Notes under the pieces: model-generated
What the model was told of the DNA's origin: nothing
Seen by the model: the letters and a program-made list of their open reading frames with translations, nothing else
The model's database searches: none
Made by a program: the position numbers and the translations under genes
DNA from: a virus
Taxonomy: Duplodnaviria; Caudoviricetes
Direction: 5' to 3' (one strand)
DNA: 59,029 nucleotides
IMG/VR virus record: IMGVR_UViG_3300021963_000146
Coordinates: 1 to 59,029 of that record
In this document: positions 47,262 to 55,820 of the stretch, piece by piece
How the letters are laid out: each line of letters begins with the position of its first letter
Numbering within the stretch: position 1 is the stretch's first letter

Positions 47262-49436
47262 ATGGATAATAATATTCTTGATAAATTAGTATTAGACTTA
47301 AATAAGCGACAGTCTGTATTAAGGGCTGATCGTAATATTTATACCCACTATTTAAAAGATATTGATTCTAAACTTTTAGTTGATATATCTTATCCTCATA
47401 TTCTCCGTGGACTAGAACGTAATGGTACTCTCGTAGATATTATTGCTACTATTGGTCGTAGAGTTAGACAATCTTTGGATTTACCTAACGATACAATCTC
47501 TGATGCACAAGTTGGCTGGTTTATTTGTATTGCCTATATTGAATGTAATATATTAAGTTTCAAACTTAAATATACATACAAGAATGGTAAGAAAAGTAAA
47601 TACCAGGCTTACTTCTTCCAGATTAAAGACTGGAAAGCAATTAAAGAACTCTGGGGTTTAATTGATCAAACTAAGGTTGATATATTCCCATTGAGAGAAG
47701 CACCTCAGCCATGGTCAACAGCTTACAACAATTTAGGCGTACCTATTATTAAGAAAGGGCATTCAACAGCTTTAGCTCAATTTAAGGAAGATGATAAGCA
47801 AATGCTTTATGATATCCTGAACAAGCTACAAGCAACCGGATGGAGAATTAATAACGATATTCTTCCTGTCTATAAGTACTTCTTACATAAGAATACTACA
47901 CCTAGCCCATTCAAGATCCACACTGAGATTGATGAAGAGAAAAAGAAATCACTGATTATTGAAGCAGATGCTATTGAGCAGCTTGCTGAGAGTCATAAGG
48001 ATAATGCTTTTTATCATGTATATAACTTTGACTTCCGTGGTCGTGTATATGTGAATACTGCATTTCTTCATGAACAGTCTAGTGATAATGCCAAAGGTTT
48101 ACTCTTACTAGATCAAGCTACACCACTAGGTGAGAATGGTTTGTTCTGGTTAAAAGTTCACACAGCAAACTCTTTCGGAAACGACAAGGTGACGCTAAAG
48201 CAGAGAGCCGAGTTTGTAGATGAAAATATTAATTTGTTTTTATCTTATGCAGAGAAACCAACTATTAATCAAGGTTGGATTGATACTGATGCTCCTTTCT
48301 CTTTCTTAGCCGCTTGTAATGAACTTAGGAAAATTAAAGAATGGCTTATGCAAGGTAATCAGTTAGCAGACTATGAATGTCCTCTACCTGTTTATATTGA
48401 TGGTTCTAATAACGGTGTTCAGCATCTAGTGGCTATGTCGCAAGATGAAGATATTGCACCACTAGTTAACCTAGTACCACAAGAACTTCCTGGTGATGTA
48501 TACATGTATATTGCAAAATATGTATGGCAGAATTTACAGGAATTAGCAGATAAGCTTACTCAAGAAGAGCGAGATCAGTTTGATGAGGTCTATAATACGG
48601 CTAAGTCACTCCAGAAAGCTTACTTTGATGCTCCAGAAAAGACAGAGCAAAAGGCACTAGCCTATGCTGCTGCTCAAGAATGGAGAAATAAGAATCGTGC
48701 TATTAGAGAGAAATTGTTTCCTATTTACTGGCTTAAGATTGATAGCCCTAAAGATCAACGTAAAGTAGTAAAGAGAAACGTTATGACTCTTGGCTATGGC
48801 GGTACAGCCTATGGTATGGGTCAGCAAATCATAGATGATACACGAGATATGTCAGAGTATCTGCGTGATAAAGAACATCTCTGGGGTGCTATGTTGGGTG
48901 ATCTGGTGTTTGAGACTTGTTACGAAAAACTCAAAGGACCAGCTACAATGCTTCGTATGTTTCAAGATCTTGCACAAAGATCTAACAACAAAGATGTATT
49001 CCTTAAGTGGACAACACCTGTAACTAACTTTCCAGTTGTACAGGCATATCGTAAGCCATCTATTGTTCGTACCAAACTAAAGTACGGTGAAGAAGAATTA
49101 AAGATTCAACTTCAAACTTGGGAGGAGGCCACTATTAACAAAGACTCTCAAAAGACAGGTGCTGCACCAAATATCGTGCATAGCTTTGATGCTGCTCACC
49201 TAACAATGACTGTTGTATCTGCACCCTATGAAATGACTGTTGTTCATGATTCCTTTGGCACATTGCCTGGACGTATGGATGATTTGTTTTATAGAGTTAG
49301 AGAACAGTTTGTAGAGTTCTACAAGAGTAAACCTCTGGAAAAATTATTGTCTGAACTTGAATGTGAAGACCTAATTCCAAATAGGGGTAAGCTTGATGTA
49401 GGACAAATTGTGTACTCTGATTATGCTTTTTGTTAA
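47262..49436 (+). CDS. T7-family single-subunit DNA-directed RNA polymerase (RNAP2)
   Basis: DFRGRVY, motif A IDGSNNGVQH, motif B RKVVKRNVMTLGYG, PNIVHSFDAAH, motif C VHDSFG, and C-terminal YAFC. Confidence 0.96.
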   Translation: MDNNILDKLVLDLNKRQSVLRADRNIYTHYLKDIDSKLLVDISYPHILRGLERNGTLVDIIATIGRRVRQSLDLPNDTISDAQVGWFICIAYIECNILSFKLKYTYKNGKKSKYQAYFFQIKDWKAIKELWGLIDQTKVDIFPLREAPQPWSTAYNNLGVPIIKKGHSTALAQFKEDDKQMLYDILNKLQATGWRINNDILPVYKYFLHKNTTPSPFKIHTEIDEEKKKSLIIEADAIEQLAESHKDNAFYHVYNFDFRGRVYVNTAFLHEQSSDNAKGLLLLDQATPLGENGLFWLKVHTANSFGNDKVTLKQRAEFVDENINLFLSYAEKPTINQGWIDTDAPFSFLAACNELRKIKEWLMQGNQLADYECPLPVYIDGSNNGVQHLVAMSQDEDIAPLVNLVPQELPGDVYMYIAKYVWQNLQELADKLTQEERDQFDEVYNTAKSLQKAYFDAPEKTEQKALAYAAAQEWRNKNRAIREKLFPIYWLKIDSPKDQRKVVKRNVMTLGYGGTAYGMGQQIIDDTRDMSEYLRDKEHLWGAMLGDLVFETCYEKLKGPATMLRMFQDLAQRSNNKDVFLKWTTPVTNFPVVQAYRKPSIVRTKLKYGEEELKIQLQTWEEATINKDSQKTGAAPNIVHSFDAAHLTMTVVSAPYEMTVVHDSFGTLPGRMDDLFYRVREQFVEFYKSKPLEKLLSELECEDLIPNRGKLDVGQIVYSDYAFC

Positions 49437-49438
49437 GT

Positions 49439-49498
49439 TTTACCAGGGTACGCTAAAGCACTAAGGTATGCAAAACTACCAAGTGACACTAAAGCAGA
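49439..49498 (+). promoter_or_regulatory. Tandem class B promoters (copies 3 and 4) directly after RNAP2
   Basis: TTTACCAGGGTACGCTAAAG at 49439-49458 and TACCAAGTGACACTAAAG at 49477-49494, each followed by CA...AGGTATGCA. Confidence 0.75.
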
Positions 49499-49569
49499 AT
49501 AGGTATGCATCTTTAGATATGTATACCTTTTATTAAATTGGAAACTAAAAAGTAAGGAACTAAAAAGCT

Positions 49570-50079
49570 ATGGCTATTTTAAAAAATGTTGAGTTGTTCT
49601 ATCCACGTCTTGATCCCAAGAAACCTAATGCTAAGTTCAATAAAGAACAGCCTACATGGGAAGTACAGATTCGTACTCGTGATAAGAAGGTAAAAGCAGA
49701 GTGGGCAGCACTTAACTTGAAGCCAAAGACTGTTGAAGATAATGATGGTAAAGTATTTTACTCTGTTACTCTTCGTAAGAAGTCTAAGAAGAAGGATGGT
49801 GAAGTCAATCAGCCTGTGAAGGTTATTGATGGTGGATTGAATGATCTTAATCCAATGAGCATCGGTAATGGCTCTATTGGTAATGTTCGTATCTTTCAAT
49901 ATGAGTATGGTGACGAAGGCAAGATTGCATCAATGTTGATGGCAGTACAGATCACTAAACTTAATGAGTACATTCCGAAGGCATCTGATGATGACTTTGA
50001 GATGACTGAAACAGAAATTGTTCGTGTCGCAGATGCGGATGGTGGTGGCGATGACGATGGGGACGATAGTCCTTATTAA
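49570..50079 (+). CDS. Single-stranded DNA-binding protein (T7 gp2.5-like)
   Basis: IGNGSIGNV and AVQITKL motifs; acidic tail ending in an aromatic residue (DDGDDSPY). Confidence 0.8.
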   Translation: MAILKNVELFYPRLDPKKPNAKFNKEQPTWEVQIRTRDKKVKAEWAALNLKPKTVEDNDGKVFYSVTLRKKSKKKDGEVNQPVKVIDGGLNDLNPMSIGNGSIGNVRIFQYEYGDEGKIASMLMAVQITKLNEYIPKASDDDFEMTETEIVRVADADGGGDDDGDDSPY

Positions 50080-50086
50080 TTAAATT

Positions 50087-50110
50087 TAGGGGACTTCGGT
50101 CTCCTATTTT
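50087..50110 (+). terminator. Intrinsic terminator with a UUCG tetraloop
   Basis: TAGGGGAC-TTCG-GTCTCCTA followed by TTTT. Confidence 0.8.
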
Positions 50111-50132
50111 ATCATCATTATTGAAAGAGAAT

Positions 50133-50312
50133 ATGAAAGAAATTACTACTGGTCTTTTAGGGTTAGCACTTATTACTGCTGCAGCTGTAGGCTGGGTACT
50201 AAACGTTATTGCTATCTTTGCTATGACTGATGCCACACCTCTTGGTTGGGTTATTGGTCGTATCCTAGGTGTATTTGTACCCTTCATTGGAGCTATAAGT
50301 GGTTACTTCTGA
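50133..50312 (+). CDS. Hypothetical membrane protein
   Basis: Two hydrophobic segments; GWVLNVI...GRILGVFVPFIGAI. Confidence 0.6.
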   Translation: MKEITTGLLGLALITAAAVGWVLNVIAIFAMTDATPLGWVIGRILGVFVPFIGAISGYF

Positions 50313-50544
50313 ATACACATTAACATTTGAAGAATCTATTAGTGAATTTGAAATGTTACTTATTTGTAGGCTAGGTACAGACTTTTCCTATAACGAAGAT
50401 TTTACATTTTGTACTGTAGAATCTGATCTAACTACTCGTGAGTTTTTAACAGAGATTGCACAACTTACTGATGTAGAGAATATTGGTTTAATTAAACACA
50501 TTATAACACTAGAACCAGACTGGTTAAATTATCACGCACAATGA
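50299..50544 (+). CDS. Hypothetical protein
   Basis: GGAG RBS, GTG start, overlapping neighbours. Confidence 0.55.
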   Translation: MVTSEYTLTFEESISEFEMLLICRLGTDFSYNEDFTFCTVESDLTTREFLTEIAQLTDVENIGLIKHIITLEPDWLNYHAQ

Positions 50545-50840
50545 TTGCATACAAATTATTTCGTAAACGTAAAGATGGTACTTATGGTCCATTATTTATT
50601 AATCGTAAACAGAAGTTAGAAACAGGAGTATGGTATCCCGCTGAAGATCATAAAACAAAAGGTTATGCTCATCGTCCAGGGTGGCATGCTTGTGCTCAAC
50701 CAGTAGCACCTCATCTATCTAAGAAAGATCGTGTATGGTGTAAAGTAATTATCAATGATCTTGTACGTCATCAACGACCTGAATCTCAAGGTGGTTTATG
50801 GTTTACAGCTAATGTATTAAAGATTGTAAAAGAATTATGA
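50541..50840 (+). CDS. Phage hypothetical protein
   Basis: AYKLFR...GYAHRPGWHAC...SQGGLWF; ATGA coupling to neighbours. Confidence 0.65.
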   Translation: MIAYKLFRKRKDGTYGPLFINRKQKLETGVWYPAEDHKTKGYAHRPGWHACAQPVAPHLSKKDRVWCKVIINDLVRHQRPESQGGLWFTANVLKIVKEL

Positions 50841-51250
50841 AACAGAGAACTATTTATCTTGCAGGTCCAATGGAACATGTATCATTAGATGACGCTAAAG
50901 GTTGGAGAGACATAGCTACTAATCATCTTATATTGGCTGATCAGAAAGTATTAGACCCTACACGAAGAGTTCATGACTTCCAACCAAAGTTTATGAAACG
51001 AATCTTTGAGTTAGATTTGAGAGACATCCAAGAAGCTGATTTGCTACTAGTTAATCTAGACAATCCCACAGTAGCTAAACATGGTACTGCAATGGAAGTA
51101 TTCTATGCTTCTTATGTATTACGTAAACCAGTTATTGCATTTAAACAAGATGCATCAACTATCCATCCATTCTTTGAATCATTAGTAACAGAGTGGAGAT
51201 CAACAGTAGATAAAGCATGCGAAACAATTATTACGGAGTACATTGATTAA
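50837..51250 (+). CDS. Nucleoside 2-deoxyribosyltransferase-like protein
   Basis: IYLAGPM ... DL.DIQEAD ... GTAMEVFYA ... KPVI motif set. Confidence 0.75.
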   Translation: MKQRTIYLAGPMEHVSLDDAKGWRDIATNHLILADQKVLDPTRRVHDFQPKFMKRIFELDLRDIQEADLLLVNLDNPTVAKHGTAMEVFYASYVLRKPVIAFKQDASTIHPFFESLVTEWRSTVDKACETIITEYID

Positions 51251-51513
51251 TGCCATATATTCGACAAGACTTTAAACAATTCCTACATACAAAGAGTGTA
51301 GCGGAAGTAGGCGACCTATGTACTACCCCAGGTGAATTAAACTTTGTTATTACATCCATTGTTCGAGATTATTTTAATCGTTCAGATAAAGGTAACTACC
51401 AAGCTATTAACGATATTGTAGGTGCTCTTGAAGGCGCTAAGATTGAATTTTATAGACGAGTAGCAGCACCTTATGAAGATACAAAGATTAAAGAAAATGG
51501 AGATGTCTACTAA
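51250..51513 (+). CDS. Phage hypothetical protein
   Basis: MPYI...GELNFVIT...EFYRRVAAPYED.KI.ENGDVY. Confidence 0.7.
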   Translation: MPYIRQDFKQFLHTKSVAEVGDLCTTPGELNFVITSIVRDYFNRSDKGNYQAINDIVGALEGAKIEFYRRVAAPYEDTKIKENGDVY

Positions 51514-51701
51514 TGAAGTTTACTGTTCATACTATCTCAGAAAATGAAGATGGTAGCGCAAATGTAGTATTAGACCTAGACAATGAAGCAAGAGAATATC
51601 TTATGAACTATGCGTTTATTCGAATGTTAAAAGATGCTATTGCAGAGGGAAACTTGTATAAAGCAGGAGAGGAAACAATAGATGTACGTGCCGATTTATG
51701 A
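51513..51701 (+). CDS. Hypothetical protein
   Basis: ENEDGSA motif; TAATG coupling. Confidence 0.6.
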   Translation: MKFTVHTISENEDGSANVVLDLDNEAREYLMNYAFIRMLKDAIAEGNLYKAGEETIDVRADL

Positions 51702-52272
51702 AATATACTCATATGGCAAAAACCGTGGTATAGTAGCAACCTATAATGACTTTGAACATGCTGTCACTGCATGGAAAGACAATATGGATTTCTTTACTAT
51801 TAAATGTGTTTGGCCTACCAGTGTTAAAAATCGTTCTAAGGAATTAAATCATATTAATTCTATAAATGAATATCGTAACTTACTAAAGCATTGGGCAATT
51901 GAAGATGGCGATGATGAATGGGAAGTAGATCAACTTATGAAATACTTAAAAGAGAATCCAGAACCAGTAGAGACTAATACTCTTAATCCTAACTACCAGA
52001 GTGCTATTAACCCTAGCCACTATCAGAGTTATGTAATGGATTTACAATGGCTAGAGACTATGCAGTATCTCCCTAGCTTCCGTGACCCTATTTGTTTTAA
52101 AGCAGCTGTAGAGTTACAAGTACGAAAGTATCTAGACCGCTTAGGTGGTAAAGATGCTGAACAACAAGAACTTGGTAAGGCATTATGGTATTTAAAATTC
52201 CTTCTTGCCTATACTAAGAACAATAATCAACCAATCCGAATTAAAGATATTGAAAAAATTTTAAATGAGTAA
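51682..52272 (+). CDS. DUF3310-like protein with an N-terminal extension
   Basis: AINPSHY ... KYLDRLGGKD..QELGKALWYL. Confidence 0.65.
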   Translation: MYVPIYEIYSYGKNRGIVATYNDFEHAVTAWKDNMDFFTIKCVWPTSVKNRSKELNHINSINEYRNLLKHWAIEDGDDEWEVDQLMKYLKENPEPVETNTLNPNYQSAINPSHYQSYVMDLQWLETMQYLPSFRDPICFKAAVELQVRKYLDRLGGKDAEQQELGKALWYLKFLLAYTKNNNQPIRIKDIEKILNE

Positions 52273-54142
52273 TCTAGTATTTGACATCGAAAGTGATGGT
52301 CTACTAGACACCGTAAGCAAAGTCTGGATGATTGTGACTAATGATACTGTAACTGGTGAAGAGTTAATCTTTACTGACTACAATCCACAATATCCAAGCT
52401 TAGCGCAAGGCTTACAATACCTATCGAAAGCAACAAGTTTAATTGGCCATAATATTATTGGTTATGACTTACTTGTTCTCCGAAAACTATACAATTGGGT
52501 TCCTAATAAAGAAACGAAATTATATGATACTATGCTGTTATCACAGGTAGTAGACTATGATCGATTCAACGGGAAACATTCTCTAGCTGTATGGGGTGAG
52601 TACCTTGGGCATAGTAAAGTTGAACATGAAGACTGGAGTCAGTATTCAGAAGACATGCTACATCGGTGTAGAGAAGACGTAAAGATCAACGTAAAAGTCT
52701 TTAAACGACTTAACAAGGAAATTAAAACTCTAACAGAGAAAAAACCTTATTTAAAAAATTCTATTAAGAATGAGCATATTACCGCACAATTTTGTGCTGA
52801 TGCAGAATACGTGGGGTGGCAATTTGATAAAGAATCCGCAACAAACCTTCTTGCTAAGATGGAAGCTCAAATGGCTGAAGTTCAAGCTATCATTGAGCCA
52901 AGGCTTAGTGTTGAAACTAAAGTTATTGATCGAGACCCTAAGCTACCAAAGTGGATTAAGAACGGTAATTATGATGCCGTTACTGCTCGATATTTTAATA
53001 TTGATCCTACTAATGGCAGGGATGTTCGTCTGGTAGAAGGTCCATATCAAAGGTTTGAGTATGTTCAACCTGACTTAGGTAATATTGATTCTGTCAAACT
53101 TTATCTAAAGAAAATTGGTTGGGTGCCAGATGACTGGAACTGGAAGAAGCAAGGAAATGAGTTTATTAAAGTATCTGAAAAGCTAACTACTAGCTCACTT
53201 GAAAAGTTAGGTGATGTTGGTATGCTAATCGATAAGTATTATACAACTCGTTCACGACATTCTATTCTATCAGGATGGATGGAGTCACTAGATGAGAATA
53301 ATCGATTACATGGTAGTTGTTTTACTATCTCTACTCCAACTGGTCGTGCTAGACATAGTGGTATTGTCAATGTTCCAGGTGCTGACTCAGAGTGGGGCGC
53401 TGATATTCGCAAATTATTTGTGGCCAGTCCTGGCTATACAATTATTGGCGCTGATTCTTCTGGTAATCAATTTAGGGCGTTATGCCATTATTTGAAGAAT
53501 GAAGAATATACAAACGAAGTTTTAAATGGAGATGTACATCAGAAGAATGCAGATGTATTAACTGCTGTAATGGCTGAGGAACAGTCTAACTTTCCTAAAA
53601 TCATTAAAGACCCTACTATTTCTCGTAAGTTAGCTAAGCCATTCATTTATGCTTATTTGTTTGGTGCTGGCGGTGAGAAAGTCTCATTGATTCTTACAGG
53701 TGTTCGTAATGCTAAACTAGGCAATAAAATTAAAGCTGAGTTTGCAAAACGTATTCCTGGATTAGCACCACTAATCAAGAGAATTAATGCAGTGTACAAT
53801 CAAACAGAAAACCATGGTAACCCTTGGATTCCTGCATTAGATGGTAGAAAGATACCTTGTGAGTCTGCTCATAAGTCTCTAAACTATCTGCTACAAAGCT
53901 GCGAAGCTATTACATGCAAGGCTGCTACAGCTGTTGCTTATACCCGACTACAACAGGAAGGTATCCCATTCAATCCTTTGATATTTTATCATGACGAGAT
54001 TGAATTTGAAGTTCCACATGAGTATGCTGAAAAAGCTGCTCTAATTGCAAAGGAAGCTTTCCGTGATGCACCTAAGGAGTTTGGTGTAATGATCATGGAT
54101 GGCGAAGCTAAAACAGGTAAAGATTGGTACGATGTCCATTGA
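52265..54142 (+). CDS. DNA polymerase family A with a 3'-5' exonuclease domain
   Basis: FDIESDGL, GHNIIGYD, TGRARH, motif A GADSSGNQFR, motif B RKLAKPFIYAYLFG, motif C HDE. Confidence 0.95.
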   Translation: MSNLVFDIESDGLLDTVSKVWMIVTNDTVTGEELIFTDYNPQYPSLAQGLQYLSKATSLIGHNIIGYDLLVLRKLYNWVPNKETKLYDTMLLSQVVDYDRFNGKHSLAVWGEYLGHSKVEHEDWSQYSEDMLHRCREDVKINVKVFKRLNKEIKTLTEKKPYLKNSIKNEHITAQFCADAEYVGWQFDKESATNLLAKMEAQMAEVQAIIEPRLSVETKVIDRDPKLPKWIKNGNYDAVTARYFNIDPTNGRDVRLVEGPYQRFEYVQPDLGNIDSVKLYLKKIGWVPDDWNWKKQGNEFIKVSEKLTTSSLEKLGDVGMLIDKYYTTRSRHSILSGWMESLDENNRLHGSCFTISTPTGRARHSGIVNVPGADSEWGADIRKLFVASPGYTIIGADSSGNQFRALCHYLKNEEYTNEVLNGDVHQKNADVLTAVMAEEQSNFPKIIKDPTISRKLAKPFIYAYLFGAGGEKVSLILTGVRNAKLGNKIKAEFAKRIPGLAPLIKRINAVYNQTENHGNPWIPALDGRKIPCESAHKSLNYLLQSCEAITCKAATAVAYTRLQQEGIPFNPLIFYHDEIEFEVPHEYAEKAALIAKEAFRDAPKEFGVMIMDGEAKTGKDWYDVH

Positions 54143-54773
54143 ACTAAACGAGAGAATTAAACAAGCGTTTTTAGATCACTTAACTTTAAATGACACTCAC
54201 ATGAAAAAGAAAACTATTGAATCCCAAATGAATTGTGCAAATGCAGTATTAAGAATGTTGCACATGGTTGATCCTGGTTCTTGTATTCTTGGTGGAGCGC
54301 CACGAGACTGGGCATTGGGTAATCCTGCAAAGGATCTTGATGTCTATGTCCAAGGTTATCCTTATGAACCTCGTAATAGTATTTTAAATCGAGTAGCACA
54401 ATCATTAGAGCTTCAGTTAAATGAGATTGAAGATGTAACTAATGATTCCTACTATATGCAGACTAAAGACAATGGTGTATTAGGTGTACTCAATATTAAG
54501 AATTGTGCTATGCCTATTCAAATTGTTATTTGTGATCGAGACCCGATCAGGATGCTAGATACTTTCCATGGTAGTCTTTCAAAGGTATCCTATGTACGTG
54601 GTACGTTCTGGCATTACTTAACAAATAACGATGACTTTGATCTTAGAACTAGTATTGAATTTGATATTAGTAAACAGTTCAAGGTACACCTTATTAAGAA
54701 GTCTGATGATCCAAGATATATCTCTAAGATTCAACAGAAGTATCCAAAGTTTACACCAGTATACGAATCATGA
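54132..54773 (+). CDS. Nucleotidyltransferase (CCA/poly(A) polymerase head-like)
   Basis: ILGGAPRD.......KDLDVYV signature. Start re-called to ATG 54132. Confidence 0.7.
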   Translation: MSIELNERIKQAFLDHLTLNDTHMKKKTIESQMNCANAVLRMLHMVDPGSCILGGAPRDWALGNPAKDLDVYVQGYPYEPRNSILNRVAQSLELQLNEIEDVTNDSYYMQTKDNGVLGVLNIKNCAMPIQIVICDRDPIRMLDTFHGSLSKVSYVRGTFWHYLTNNDDFDLRTSIEFDISKQFKVHLIKKSDDPRYISKIQQKYPKFTPVYES

Positions 54774-55261
54774 ATGTTTTCTTCTTAGATCGTGATCCTG
54801 AAAAATGTGCCAGAGATCACTACGATACTCATGTAGTAAAGATGATTCTGGAGTCTGCTCAACTATTGTCGACTGCTCATCACTTATGTGGTGATGGTGG
54901 ACCGTACAAAGTAACTCATCAGAATCATCCTTCAGCTGTCTGGGTTAGAGAAACTGTGGCTCACTATAACTGGCTTTATTTACTGATGATACAGTTAGGT
55001 AAAGAGTACACACATCGCTTTGGCAAAGAACACAAGACTATCCGTGAGCATAAGGATTCTTTGTTCAATACGCCAAGGGACATTAAAGCACTAGGGTGGC
55101 AAGACCCACCACAAGCTATGCCTGATCATTGCCGTAGGGATGATGCAGTAGAGGCATATAGAAACTATTATACAACAGAGAAAATAAATTTAATGAGGTA
55201 TACAAACAGGAATGCTCCTTCATGGATCCAAAAACAGATCGCTATGATTCCCTCTATTTAG
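54770..55261 (+). CDS. Pyrimidine dimer DNA glycosylase-like protein
   Basis: MNVFFLD..P..CA..H.D.HVVKMILESAQLLSTAH ... H.NHPSAVW ... EY..RFGK.H. Confidence 0.75.
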   Translation: MNVFFLDRDPEKCARDHYDTHVVKMILESAQLLSTAHHLCGDGGPYKVTHQNHPSAVWVRETVAHYNWLYLLMIQLGKEYTHRFGKEHKTIREHKDSLFNTPRDIKALGWQDPPQAMPDHCRRDDAVEAYRNYYTTEKINLMRYTNRNAPSWIQKQIAMIPSI

Positions 55262-55635
55262 ATCTAGCGAAAAGAATTGCACTTATGTCTTATGCTGAGA
55301 AGCGTAAAGTAGGTGCAATTGCAGTAAAGAACAACAATATTCTTAGTTTCGGATTTAATGGAACCCCAAAAGGTTTTCCTAATAAATGCGAGAACGATCA
55401 GAATAAAACACTATCGTATGTAATTCATGCTGAAGCTAATTTAGTTTCTAAAGCAGCTGCAGAAGGTTTAAGCCTACGTGGTTCAACAGTATATGTAACA
55501 ACTGCTCCTTGTGACAATTGTTCACTATTACTAATACAATCGGGTATCGAGAGAGTTGTCTTCTCAGATCCCTATAAAACAGACTCAGGTATTTTAACAT
55601 TAATCCATAGTAACATAAGAGTTCAACAAAAATGA
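55222..55635 (+). CDS. dCMP deaminase
   Basis: KVGA, GFNGTP, HAEAN and PCDNC zinc-binding motifs. Confidence 0.9.
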   Translation: MDPKTDRYDSLYLDLAKRIALMSYAEKRKVGAIAVKNNNILSFGFNGTPKGFPNKCENDQNKTLSYVIHAEANLVSKAAAEGLSLRGSTVYVTTAPCDNCSLLLIQSGIERVVFSDPYKTDSGILTLIHSNIRVQQK

Positions 55636-55820
55636 AAAGAGCACTAGTATATCAAGTCCCCTCAGCAACATACACTTATCCTCGTGGTGATAAGTATTTG
55701 TATCTCAGCTTTGTAGATCGTCCTACAATTATTAAATACAAGGTACGTAATAAAGTAGGTCAAAAGCTTCTTGCTCGTGTTAAGAAGTATGGCTACGAGA
55801 AAGTAACCTACCCAGTATGA
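55632..55820 (+). CDS. Hypothetical basic protein
   Basis: ATGA-coupled on both sides. Confidence 0.55.
   Translation: MKRALVYQVPSATYTYPRGDKYLYLSFVDRPTIIKYKVRNKVGQKLLARVKKYGYEKVTYPV

Noticed and set aside
50084-50094. ATTTAGGGGAC, resembling the start of an SP6 promoter
   Set aside because: It lacks the CTAAAG/CTATAG half and forms the 5' arm of a UUCG terminator hairpin.
50891-50900. GACGCTAAAG (and GTACGCTAAAG at 391-401) matching the class B 3' half
   Set aside because: The upstream TACCARG half is missing and both lie in coding sequence, so chance matches are likely.
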